From positions 1 through 51,993 of the forward strand of contig JBBQRQ010000027.1 in assembly GCA_038214755.1 (NCBI GenBank): a stretch of 51,993 nucleotides of DNA. The letters run 5' to 3'. The position numbers and the translations under genes are program-made. Each line of letters opens with the position of its first letter. The stretch's first letter is position 1. This DNA comes from Verrucomicrobiota bacterium. Lineage in GTDB: Bacteria; Verrucomicrobiota; Verrucomicrobiia; Limisphaerales; CANJXF01. The notes beneath the pieces are model-generated. The model had not been told where the DNA came from. It worked only from the letters and a program-made list of their open reading frames with translations, and searched no databases. Of this stretch, positions 37,825 through 46,861 are shown in pieces.

Positions 37825-38499
37825 ATGACACCGTCTCTAATTCCAAGGAAAACCATTTTATTATTTAGCCTTTCAGTTTTTGCGGTCGGCTGCGCGCATC
37901 GCATTCAAGACCGCGTTGAGCTTCCAATGTCAAAGGCCGTTCCCATTTTCGACGGGAAAACTTTTCACGGCTGGGAAGGAGACACGAATAAAACCTGGCG
38001 GATTCACGACGACTCAATTGTCGGCGGCGATGGAAAAACCGCCGTGCCGCACAACGAATTTATTTGCACCGAGCGCGTGTTCACGAATTTCGTTTTGCAC
38101 ATCAAGTTCAAATTGACCGGCACAAATGGTTTTGTGAATGGCGGCGTGCAGGTGCGGAGCCAACGTGTTCCAAATCATTTTGAAGTGAGCGGGTATCAGG
38201 CTGATCTGGGCGATCCGACCTGGTGGGGTTGTTTGTATGACGAATCGCGCCGCAACAAAGTGCTGGCGAAATCCGACATGGAAAAAGTGAACGAGGTTTT
38301 GCAACGCGGCGATTGGAACGATTACAAAATTCGCTGCGACGGAAAACACATTCAGATTTGGCTGAACGGATTGCAAACGGTTGACTACACCGAGACGGAT
38401 GATTCGATTTCGGCAAGCGGCGTGATTGCGTTGCAAGTTCACGGTGGCGGGCAATCGGAAATTTTTTACAAAGATATTTCGGTGGAGGAGTTGCCCTGA
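37825..38499 (+). CDS. DUF1080 (3-keto-disaccharide hydrolase-like) lipoprotein
   Basis: Lipobox AVGC; FDGKTFHGW, NGGVQVRS, GYQAD, WNDY, GVIALQVH. Confidence 0.9.
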   Translation: MTPSLIPRKTILLFSLSVFAVGCAHRIQDRVELPMSKAVPIFDGKTFHGWEGDTNKTWRIHDDSIVGGDGKTAVPHNEFICTERVFTNFVLHIKFKLTGTNGFVNGGVQVRSQRVPNHFEVSGYQADLGDPTWWGCLYDESRRNKVLAKSDMEKVNEVLQRGDWNDYKIRCDGKHIQIWLNGLQTVDYTETDDSISASGVIALQVHGGGQSEIFYKDISVEELP

Positions 38500-38503
38500 A
38501 ACG

Positions 38504-38632
38504 GGAGCGCGGACGTTCTTCGTCCGCGAGTTTCTGAAAATCAACATGACCGCTGGCCTTTTTATTCGGTTCGAGAGCCATTCCCTTTTTCACTACGAGA
38601 CGGTCACTCGCGGACGAGAACGTCCGCGCTCC
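38504..38632. repeat. REP-like doublet (GGAGCGCGGACG family)
   Basis: GGAGCGCGGACGTTCTTCGTCCGCGAG / CTCGCGGACGAGAACGTCCGCGCTCC. Confidence 0.8.
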
Positions 38633-38643
38633 GATTTTTTCTC

Positions 38644-39342
38644 ATGAATTTTTCCGCGAACTTGATTTCCATTCAAACACGGATCGAGGCCGCCTGCGCT
38701 CGTGCCGAACGCAACCCTTCTTCCGTCACGTTGCTCGCCGTCAGCAAAGGCCAACCGCCCGAAATGATTCGAGCCGCCGCCGACGCCGGATTGTCTTTAT
38801 TCGGCGAAAGCAAAGTGCAGGAAGCAAAAGTAAAAATTTCTTTGTGCCCAGGAAAACTTCGCTGGCAAATGATCGGCCATTTGCAATCCAACAAATGCCG
38901 CGACGCCGTTCATTTTTTTGAAATGATTCAGAGCGTCGATAGCTTCTCACTCGCGCAGGAAATCAATAAATTTGCGACCGCCGCCGCCAAGACGATGCCG
39001 ATTTTACTTGAGGTAAATGTGGCCGGTGAAGCGAGCAAGTTCGGTTACGCGCCGGAAAAATTATTGGCCGAGTTGAAAGAAATCAACGCACTGCCCCGAA
39101 TTGAAATTCACGGCCTAATGACGATTGCTCCATACGCGGAAGACCCGGAAAAAGTCCGCCCGATTTTTCGCCGCTTGCGTGAAATAAAATTGGAGTGCGA
39201 ACAAATCCTGGGCGCGCCGCTGCCGCAATTGAGCATGGGCATGAGCGGCGATTTTGAAATCGCGATTGCAGAAGGATCGACGCTGGTGCGAGTCGGCACC
39301 GCATTGTTCGGCGCGCGACAGAAGCTCCGCAAAAGCGAGTGA
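38644..39342 (+). CDS. yggS: Pyridoxal phosphate homeostasis protein
   Basis: LAVSK, FGESKVQE, IGHLQSNK, LSMGMSGD, VRVGTALFG. Confidence 0.95.
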   Translation: MNFSANLISIQTRIEAACARAERNPSSVTLLAVSKGQPPEMIRAAADAGLSLFGESKVQEAKVKISLCPGKLRWQMIGHLQSNKCRDAVHFFEMIQSVDSFSLAQEINKFATAAAKTMPILLEVNVAGEASKFGYAPEKLLAELKEINALPRIEIHGLMTIAPYAEDPEKVRPIFRRLREIKLECEQILGAPLPQLSMGMSGDFEIAIAEGSTLVRVGTALFGARQKLRKSE

Positions 39343-39369
39343 GATAGAAAAGCTGAGCGGTTGCTTTTA

Positions 39370-39583
39370 ACCCGAACTCCGAAACTGGAATGGGTAGCAC
39401 AGGCGACCCGCCTGTGCCATCCGGCCACTGGCCGGACGGAATGGGAAGGATGTTGGCCCAGGAAACCGACGCACGGAAAAGTTCGCACGCTTTCCCCGTT
39501 CCGAGCGGCGGGGTCGGCGCTCGGCACAGGCCAGTGGCCTGTGCTACCCGCGGCAACGGCCACCTCTACTTCGGAATTCGAGT
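39370..39583. mobile_element. MITE-like element (ACCCGAACTCCGAA TIRs, TTA flanks) enclosing a GTAG REP doublet (39392-39549)
   Basis: TIRs ACCCGAACTCCGAA / TTCGGAATTCGAGT; TTA on both sides; inner GGGTAGCACAGGC...GCCTGTGCTACCC. Confidence 0.7.
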
Positions 39584-39830
39584 TTAACAGGCGGCTATTT
39601 TCTTTCGCTTCCACCAGCGGAGAGATTGAACGAGGACGAATCCTCCGCCGAAAATCCCAAGGGCCATATTCACCGGTTCAGGGGTGCCGCTCATTTCCAT
39701 GCTCCAGCTATCGAGCGCGGCTGTTCCTCCTCCATCCACATCAGAAATAAATAACGTCCAGGAACCGGATGCCACGTGCCCGCTGAACGCTGCCAGCCCG
39801 TGGCCGCTGTTCGGACTTGCGACTTCGTCA
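39584..39830 (-). pseudogene. 3' remnant of a PEP-CTERM surface protein (P-domain-like C-terminus)
   Basis: ...GLAAFSGHVASGSWTLFISD...LDSWSMEMSGTPEP, then a TM helix and RWWKRKK; no signal peptide or N-terminal part; degenerate REP half at 39841-39875. Confidence 0.7.
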
Positions 39831-40009
39831 CGGAGATTTCCAATCCCCCGTCTCGCGGATTCTCCAATCGGCAGACGGTGGAATGTTCCAAACCCTGCCG
39901 GTTAGAACAGGCGCTCCGGCTCAAAGGCAAAAGCCAGGTTCAAACGGTCCATTCGAATTCTTCAATTGCCTGCGTATGAGGTTTGCACAATATTCCCGCC
40001 TCGTTTTTT

Positions 40010-43000
40010 ATGCGCCGACAATATCCATTTCATTTGATCGAACCGAAATGGCAGCAGTTTTGGGAAAAGGAACAAACGTTTCGCGCCTGGAACCCGGGCG
40101 AGAAAATTCCGCAAGGACATCCCTTCGCGCAACGGCATGGCTTGGAAAATAAAAAGGCGGATGCGAATTCTCTTCCGCCAAAATTTTATATCCTCGACAT
40201 GTTCCCGTATCCGAGCGGAGCGGGCCTGCACGTGGGCCATCCCGAAGGCTACACCGCCACGGATATTCTGGCGCGCTACCGACGGGCCAAAGGTTTCAAC
40301 GTTTTGCATCCGATGGGCTGGGACGCGTTTGGTTTGCCCGCCGAACAATACGCCATCAAGACCGGCCAGCATCCGCGCAAAACGACGGAGGAAAATATCG
40401 CGAATTTCAAACGCCAAATAAAATCGCTCGGCTTCAGTTACGATTGGTCGCGCGAGGTCGATACGACTGACCCAAAATATTTCAAGTGGACGCAGTGGAT
40501 TTTTCTGAAGCTTTACAATTCCTGGTTCAATCCAGAGACCAATAAAGCAGAGACCATGGAAACGCTTCGTTTTCCGCCTAAACAAAACATGACGGAAGCA
40601 GACAAACGCGCCTATCGCGACTCTCAGCGTCTTGCTTACGTCGCCGAGGCACCCGTGAATTGGTGCGAAGAACTCGGCACCGTGTTGGCCAACGAAGAAG
40701 TCATCGACGGCAAAAGCGACGTCGGCGGATTCCCTGTGGTTCGCAAACCGATGCGCCAATGGATGCTCCGCATCACCGCCTACGCCGAACGTTTGCTCAA
40801 CGATTTAGAAGGAATTGATTGGAGTCACTCGCTCAAAGAAATGCAGCGGAACTGGCTTGGGCGCAGTGAAGGCGCGGAAATCGCCTTTGAGGTTCGGCAC
40901 AATACCTTTGATTCGAAGGAACGCGAATTCTTCCATGACACGCATTGGCTGACTGTCTTCACGACACGGCCGGACACTCTTTTCGGTGCGACTTACATGG
41001 TGCTCGCACCAGAACATAAAATCCTTTCGCAAATCACGACACCCAAACAGAAAGAAGCCGTCGAAGATTATAAATCGTTCGTTTCTGGAAAATCTGATTT
41101 GGAACGCACGGAACTCGCAAAGGAAAAAACCGGCGTTTTCACAGGGGCTTACGCGCTCAATCCAGTGAACGGCGAAAGAATTCCCATCTGGATTGCTGAC
41201 TACGTTTTAGCGAGTTATGGCACCGGAGCAATCATGGCCGTGCCGGCACACGACACGCGCGACTACGAGTTCGCCACAAAATTTAATTTGCCAATTCTCC
41301 AGGTTGTCCAGCCGCCCAACCCAAAAACAGATTGGCGAGGGTTTGTTGACGAAGGCATTTCAGTAAATTCCAGCGGCCCGGAAATTTCGATCACCGGGCT
41401 TCCCACCACCGAAGCCAAAAAGAAAATCACCGACTGGCTCGAAGCAAAAAGTCTCGGCAAAAAAACCATTAACTACAAACTGCGCGACTGGCTTTTCAGC
41501 CGTCAGCGTTATTGGGGCGAGCCGTTCCCGATTGTCTGGAAACGCGATCAAGACGGAAAACTTTTTCACGAAGCGGTGCCGGAACATTTACTGCCAGTTC
41601 GTCCGCCGAATTTGGACGACTATAAACCCACGTCTGATGGTCGTCCTCCTTTGGCGCGCGCGACGGATTGGGTCAAGCTGGCAAATCATGTGGAACGGGA
41701 AACCAATACGATGCCGCAATGGGCGGGAAGCTGTTGGTATTATTTGCGCTATCTCGACTCTCAAAATTCTGCGCGGCCCTGGAATAATCTTGTGGAAAAA
41801 TATTGGATGGGAACGCTGGAGCCACGCCTTCCTGAGTCGAACCAGGAAATAGACAAAGAGATCAAACGCGTGGTGGACGCTGCGATTTTTTCTCCGCGTC
41901 ATTCGCGCAGGACAGCAATAATTGGTCGAGTTCCCAAAGCGGTCGCGGCCATGGCGTTTCAAGTGTCAGGATTAAATATTGAAGATTATTTTTTCCGCCT
42001 CGATAGCTACGGAGTTCGACATGCTTTTCTGCAACATAAAGTTGAAGCATTTGAAAAGCCTCGCGGGCAACGCGCTTTGGCAGCGGAAGATTTTTACAAA
42101 TTACCCGCCGTTTACGCCGCGCCTGATCACATCGAAGACGGTGGGATAAATCAGTTAGGACGGCGCGTCCTTCGATTCCACAAACGCATTAACGGAATTG
42201 CCATTGTGGCGGAAGAAGTTCTTACCGGAATAAAATGTCTGGCGTTACAGACGATGTTCGTCCGAGAAACTGCGGGAGATGAGTTGCAACCGGCGAGAGA
42301 TACCGCCATCGGGGTCTCTCTCTCAACGGCCGATACCGACCGGTCTGAGGAAAAGTTTATCTCGAAAAATTCTCCTGTCAACCAACCGACTCTCGGCGTC
42401 GATCTCTACGTTGGAGGAACCGAGCACGCCGTTCTGCATCTGCTTTACGCGCGCTTCTGGCACAAAGTTTTGTTCGATCTCGGCTACGTCTCGACGCCCG
42501 AACCGTTTTTCAAACTCGTCAATCAAGGACTCATCCTCGGCGAAATGGAGTTCTATATTTTTCGTGATAAAAATGGCGAACGCGTAAGTGCGGCTGGAAT
42601 TGTCGATATTGAAGACGCTGCGGAAACACTCGTTGGCAAAGAGAAAGTTACTGGCGCAAAAGTTGTCGCTCACAAAATAGATGCGAGCGAAGTCGAAAAA
42701 AGAGGGGCTTTTTTCTGTTGGAAGAATCCAGACCTTGACATACGCGTCGATTTTCGTTGCTTCAAAATGTCGAAGTCGCGCGGCAACGTCGTGAATCCCG
42801 ACGACGTTATGGGCGAATACGGCGCGGATGCGTTTCGCCTTTACGAAATGTTCATGGGCCCGCTCGAAATGGTGAAGCCGTGGAACACAAAAGGCGTGGA
42901 AGGCGTTTACCGTTTTCTCGGTCGCGTCTGGCGTTTGTTTGTCGATGAAAAAAGCGAAACGGAATTTGAACAGGCGGAATCAACCACCGAGGCGCAGACC

Positions 43001-43540
43001 CACCGAGAGTTGTTGGAAAAAATTCAATTGAGCGCGGCGATCAAAGACGTTCCCGCTTCGCCGTCGCAACTCAAAGCGCTTCACGCCTGCATCAAAAAAG
43101 TCACGGAAGATTTGGACGCCTTGCGTTTCAACACCGCTATTTCCGCGCTGATGGTTTTTGTCAACGACGCGATTTCGTGGGAAACGAAACCGGTTTCCGG
43201 GTTGCGCGATTTTTTGATTTTGCTCGCGCCATTCGCGCCCCACTTGTCCGAGGAAGTTTGGCAAAAGCTACAGAACCCACGCCATCCGCAATCTGTCTCG
43301 CTCTCCTATCACCCCTGGCCGGAATTCGATCCGGCCGTGCTCATCGAGGACACATTAGAGATTCCAGTGCAGGTGAATGGCAAACTGCGGGATCGCTTGA
43401 GAGTGGCGGCGGGTGCAACCCGGGAACAACTGGAGGCGGCTTCATTGGCCAGCGAAAAAATCAAATTTTTTCTGGAAGGAAAAGCAGTAAAGAAAATTGT
43501 TATCGTCCCAATGAGATTGGTGAATATTGTGTTGGAGTAA
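40010..43540 (+). CDS. leuS: Leucine--tRNA ligase with a large internal insertion
   Basis: [62 protein letters not shown]; 1176 aa, longer than typical. Confidence 0.97.
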   Translation: MRRQYPFHLIEPKWQQFWEKEQTFRAWNPGEKIPQGHPFAQRHGLENKKADANSLPPKFYILDMFPYPSGAGLHVGHPEGYTATDILARYRRAKGFNVLHPMGWDAFGLPAEQYAIKTGQHPRKTTEENIANFKRQIKSLGFSYDWSREVDTTDPKYFKWTQWIFLKLYNSWFNPETNKAETMETLRFPPKQNMTEADKRAYRDSQRLAYVAEAPVNWCEELGTVLANEEVIDGKSDVGGFPVVRKPMRQWMLRITAYAERLLNDLEGIDWSHSLKEMQRNWLGRSEGAEIAFEVRHNTFDSKEREFFHDTHWLTVFTTRPDTLFGATYMVLAPEHKILSQITTPKQKEAVEDYKSFVSGKSDLERTELAKEKTGVFTGAYALNPVNGERIPIWIADYVLASYGTGAIMAVPAHDTRDYEFATKFNLPILQVVQPPNPKTDWRGFVDEGISVNSSGPEISITGLPTTEAKKKITDWLEAKSLGKKTINYKLRDWLFSRQRYWGEPFPIVWKRDQDGKLFHEAVPEHLLPVRPPNLDDYKPTSDGRPPLARATDWVKLANHVERETNTMPQWAGSCWYYLRYLDSQNSARPWNNLVEKYWMGTLEPRLPESNQEIDKEIKRVVDAAIFSPRHSRRTAIIGRVPKAVAAMAFQVSGLNIEDYFFRLDSYGVRHAFLQHKVEAFEKPRGQRALAAEDFYKLPAVYAAPDHIEDGGINQLGRRVLRFHKRINGIAIVAEEVLTGIKCLALQTMFVRETAGDELQPARDTAIGVSLSTADTDRSEEKFISKNSPVNQPTLGVDLYVGGTEHAVLHLLYARFWHKVLFDLGYVSTPEPFFKLVNQGLILGEMEFYIFRDKNGERVSAAGIVDIEDAAETLVGKEKVTGAKVVAHKIDASEVEKRGAFFCWKNPDLDIRVDFRCFKMSKSRGNVVNPDDVMGEYGADAFRLYEMFMGPLEMVKPWNTKGVEGVYRFLGRVWRLFVDEKSETEFEQAESTTEAQTHRELLEKIQLSAAIKDVPASPSQLKALHACIKKVTEDLDALRFNTAISALMVFVNDAISWETKPVSGLRDFLILLAPFAPHLSEEVWQKLQNPRHPQSVSLSYHPWPEFDPAVLIEDTLEIPVQVNGKLRDRLRVAAGATREQLEAASLASEKIKFFLEGKAVKKIVIVPMRLVNIVLE
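41813..42394 (+). other. In-frame inserted domain in LeuRS resembling a PBECR (BECR-fold) ribonuclease
   Basis: Lies between YWMG and GVDLYVGG; motif [12 protein letters not shown]...RGQRAL..ED...P.V...PD.I..GG.N..G...L.F.K..NG...AEEV.TG...LALQTM. Confidence 0.7.
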
Positions 43541-43594
43541 TCCACCCGATTGACAAGTTAACCTCGGTTTTAAATTATCTGTCCCATAATGTTT

Positions 43595-44125
43595 ATGAAA
43601 ATTATTAAATTTCTTACAGCCAGTTTTATGACCGCAGCGTTAGGAGCGAATAGCGCCACGGCGGCCCTTCCGAAAGTCGGAGAGAAAGCGCCCGTGATCG
43701 AAGGCAAAAATCAGGATGGAAAAAATTGGAGGCTCAGCGATTCACTCGGAAAAAAGATCGTGCTGCTTTATTTTTATCCGAAAGACAATACGCCAGGTTG
43801 CACGAAAGAAGCCTGTGGTTTGCGCGACCAAATGGCGGATTTGAAAAAGGATGGCGTGGAAGTGATCGGCGTCAGTTTTGATTCGCAGGAAAGCCATCAA
43901 AAATTCATTGAAAAATATAACCTCAACTTTCCGCTGCTGGCCGATACGGACGGGAAGATCGCCGATGCATATGGCGTCCGGCGCGAGGCTGGAAAAAATG
44001 TGGCGCGCCGAGTGAGTTTTCTAATTGGAAAAGATGGAAGGATTTTACACGTCACCGACAGCCCCAATGCCGATGTTCATCTGGCGGAAATGAAGGAAGC
44101 CATTGCGGCATTGAAGAAAAAATAG
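43595..44125 (+). CDS. bcp: Peroxiredoxin, BCP/PrxQ subfamily, with signal peptide
   Basis: YFYPKDNTPGCTKEAC motif. Confidence 0.9.
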   Translation: MKIIKFLTASFMTAALGANSATAALPKVGEKAPVIEGKNQDGKNWRLSDSLGKKIVLLYFYPKDNTPGCTKEACGLRDQMADLKKDGVEVIGVSFDSQESHQKFIEKYNLNFPLLADTDGKIADAYGVRREAGKNVARRVSFLIGKDGRILHVTDSPNADVHLAEMKEAIAALKKK

Positions 44126-44277
44126 TTCGCTAGAAAAAAACGTTGAGGATTTTTCCCCCGTGCGGGGAAAGGCGTGTCGGGTAGGACTCCACCGAAAAAT
44201 TTCCTCGGAACTCTTGGCCGCCGGTCGCGTGGACAGGCGGCCAAGGTCGTAAGCCGATGGCGGGCACTGTTTCTTTT

Positions 44278-44544
44278 CTAATGACGGCGCCTCTCGCTCC
44301 CTGCTGCCTCATTCAAAACATCGCTGTCCCACGGAATATCGACCACCGTCCGAACAGTCTGCGATCGGTCGAGGCCCAGGCTCAATTCCGGGTGGGTGTC
44401 AGGGCGCCGTTTGGTCAAATCCAGGGGCGCGGTTCCGGGGGAAGTCGCGGCATAATCGGACTTGGGCGAGGCACAACCGACCCACAACAGCGAGCCGAAT
44501 GTAGCCGCTGCAACTATTCTGAGGAGTTTAAGTTTTGTGTTCAT
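44278..44544 (-). CDS. Hypothetical small lipoprotein
   Basis: MNTKLKLLRIVAAATFGSLLWVGC lipobox. Confidence 0.6.
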   Translation of the reverse strand: MNTKLKLLRIVAAATFGSLLWVGCASPKSDYAATSPGTAPLDLTKRRPDTHPELSLGLDRSQTVRTVVDIPWDSDVLNEAAGSERRRH

Positions 44545-44752
44545 GTTTTCAATCATAGGGCCTTTGGGAAAAAATACAATCAGGACTAGCCCGCCATTTT
44601 TAACGGACCTTTCCCCAAAAAAACCGCCTTATTCCGTGTCAGGGAAAAGCTGATTGTGTCCTACTTATGAGAGGGCCAATGGGCGCAGCGAAAAAATTGG
44701 CGGAGAAAATCAAAATAATAAAATGGCATCGCCGTTGCTTAAGCGAGCGGCA

Positions 44753-45289
44753 ATGCAATCTCTGGCTAAACATTTTATTCGCATCTTACTGGGAGCGATC
44801 TTGTCCGCCTGGCTGCCCGCTGGAAGTGCCATCACCATGGCTGAATTGGAAAAAGTGCCAAATCTTACCCCGGAAAAACTGGCTGGTTATTTCACCAATT
44901 TCGAATTTAAATTTCACGCGGAAGTCCAGGATCACGATATTTTTTTGCGCAACCAATCCGGAGATTGCGATGATTATGCCACTGTCGCTTCGGAGATCCT
45001 CAGCAAAAATGGTTATACGACCCGATTGATCGCGATTCGGATGAAAGGAGAAACCCATGTCGTTTGCTACGTGAACGAAACCCAAAGTTATCTGGACTAC
45101 AATTTTCGGAAGGATGAAAAGAGAACAGTTTCTTGTGACAACGCCATCACGGAAATCGCCCAGAAGGTGGCGCAATCTTTTCAGCGTCACTGGATAGCTA
45201 CTTATCAATTCACTTTCAACGCCACCGAAGGAGTGAAGCGATTGGTGCAAAATATTATCAGCAATCGGTCAGTTGAAAAAGCGGGTTAG
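44753..45289 (+). CDS. Secreted transglutaminase-like cysteine peptidase-domain protein
   Basis: GDCDDYA...ETHVVC...YLDYN gives a candidate Cys-His-Asp triad; signal peptide. Confidence 0.7.
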   Translation: MQSLAKHFIRILLGAILSAWLPAGSAITMAELEKVPNLTPEKLAGYFTNFEFKFHAEVQDHDIFLRNQSGDCDDYATVASEILSKNGYTTRLIAIRMKGETHVVCYVNETQSYLDYNFRKDEKRTVSCDNAITEIAQKVAQSFQRHWIATYQFTFNATEGVKRLVQNIISNRSVEKAG

Positions 45290-45310
45290 GTTTGAGCTCG
45301 GGCCTGCTGA

Positions 45311-45595
45311 CTATCGTTCTCGAAATTCCCGCCAAATTTTCCAGCCCGCTCCGCACCGGTTCACCAGACGGGTCACCCATGTCCTTTTTTTAAAAATGCG
45401 GAACCCAGAAAAGGGGGCCATCCAGGCCCGCACGCGATTGGCGACTTGATAAAAACCGTAACCGCGCTCAACCAGCCCGCAGACCTGCCGAAGGTTGTCG
45501 GCTTCCGCCAACAGATCATTCCGGTGCGAATCATTTTGTTGAACGAGCCAGGCTTTCCGCGCGGAAAGGTTTTCTATTTCTGTTTTCTGAGCCAT
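45311..45595 (-). CDS. YqjK-like protein
   Basis: LSARKAWLVQQNDSHRNDL; third gene of a DUF883-holin-YqjK-type cluster. Confidence 0.65.
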   Translation of the reverse strand: MAQKTEIENLSARKAWLVQQNDSHRNDLLAEADNLRQVCGLVERGYGFYQVANRVRAWMAPFSGFRIFKKRTWVTRLVNRCGAGWKIWREFRER

Positions 45596-46050
45596 GCGCG
45601 GTCTTTTTTTAATTGCGCCACTGTTTCGGAGAAAGGCCCCTTCCTGTTCGAGGGACCCCGCAGACAGAGGAATGCGGCCACTCCGCCCAACATAAATAAA
45701 TTGAGGTGGATGATTGTTTCAGCAATCGGACCCGGTGGCTTTAACCGACCTTTGATCAAGTGGAGAATCGTCAGCGCGCCAATTAGACAAAAAACGAAAA
45801 GGCCCGCCGCGACGCACAGGCGATGTTCCCAAAAAATAAAAAACAACGTGCCGGCGATAGAAATAAATGCCATGAAACTGGCAAACAAAAATATCCCGCC
45901 CCAGATCGCCGCCGAAGCCAAACGCACTTTTTCCTCATTCGCTTCGATCTTCGCCAGTTCCAAGCGATTTTTTAGCATCGCCGCCACAATATCGATCACC
46001 CTTCGGATCGATCCAATCAGACCTCCCAGATTCTCGGGCAAATGAAACAT
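45574..46050 (-). CDS. YqjE-like phage holin family membrane protein with a duplicated C-terminal segment
   Basis: NRLELAKIEANEEK, TM helices, PFSETVAQLKKDRAWL. Confidence 0.75.
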   Translation of the reverse strand: MFHLPENLGGLIGSIRRVIDIVAAMLKNRLELAKIEANEEKVRLASAAIWGGIFLFASFMAFISIAGTLFFIFWEHRLCVAAGLFVFCLIGALTILHLIKGRLKPPGPIAETIIHLNLFMLGGVAAFLCLRGPSNRKGPFSETVAQLKKDRAWLRKQK

Positions 46051-46064
46051 GACCTTCTATTGGC

Positions 46065-46391
46065 TCACGACCTTCGCTTCAACAAAACCCCCACCAAAAA
46101 TCCAACCCCCGCCGCGACACCGATAGAGCGATATGGATTTTCGCGAATGGCTTGGTCGGCGGCGCGCAATCCGGCTTCGGCCTGCTCCTCCAACTCGGCG
46201 CAAGTTTCCTTGCAGTCTTCCAGCACCGTCCTCAAACGTTCACGGGCTTGGCGGGTTCTCTCCGCCACTTCGCCGCCAGTGGCTCTGATCAATTCTTCGG
46301 CGTCTTCGGCCACTAGTTTTAAATCCTCGACCAGTTTGGCTTTGGATTCGTTAAAACTTCTCAACTCCATGGGTCTAGTTCGTTTTGGCAT
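46065..46391 (-). CDS. DUF883/ElaB/YqjD family membrane-anchored ribosome-binding protein
   Basis: DLKLVAEDAEELIRAT...IRENPYRSIGVAAGVGFLVGVLLKRR. Confidence 0.92.
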   Translation of the reverse strand: MPKRTRPMELRSFNESKAKLVEDLKLVAEDAEELIRATGGEVAERTRQARERLRTVLEDCKETCAELEEQAEAGLRAADQAIRENPYRSIGVAAGVGFLVGVLLKRRS

Positions 46392-46861
46392 AATTCCTTT
46401 CGCAACGTGAACGCCGTTCCAGCATCACTACGGGGTCACCGTAAAGGAACAAGAATCCAGACGACCATCAGGTGTTTCCTGTTTTTATATCGGGAGGTTG
46501 GTCGGTTGCGGTAAGGAAAACCATGGGGACAAAATCGTCGGATAACGTTTGGGAATTTTTCGTGACAGTGGGTGTACCCAGATCGTTTATCTCGTATAAC
46601 TTTTCCGTCTCAACGTTGACGGGATCTTCGTGTTGAACAATCACCGGCACGAACAAACCAACCCGACCGGAAAGAATGTTTTTCAACAAGACAATCGCGG
46701 ATGAATTCGTTCGGCGATTTTTCTGAACGCCCACCGCGTCGGTCGTATGGGAACCTCTGGAATGATTCGAAGACGTTGGCAAGCGTTTTGGTTGCATTCA
46801 ACGTTGGCGGTTGACCAGAAACAGTGTAAGATCAACGCCAATTGAAAATAAGGAATTAGCA

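Noticed and set aside
41813..42394. Intein or intron in leuS
   Set aside because: No intein splice-junction motifs (terminal His-Asn followed by C/S/T), no LAGLIDADG/HNH motif, and the frame is uninterrupted.
45574..46050. Prophage lysis gene
   Set aside because: The holin-family label reflects the chromosomal yqjDEK-like stress cluster; no phage genes are nearby.
46468..46797. 109-aa minus-strand ORF upstream of the DUF883 cluster
   Set aside because: No motif or clear RBS; cannot be supported as a gene from sequence alone.
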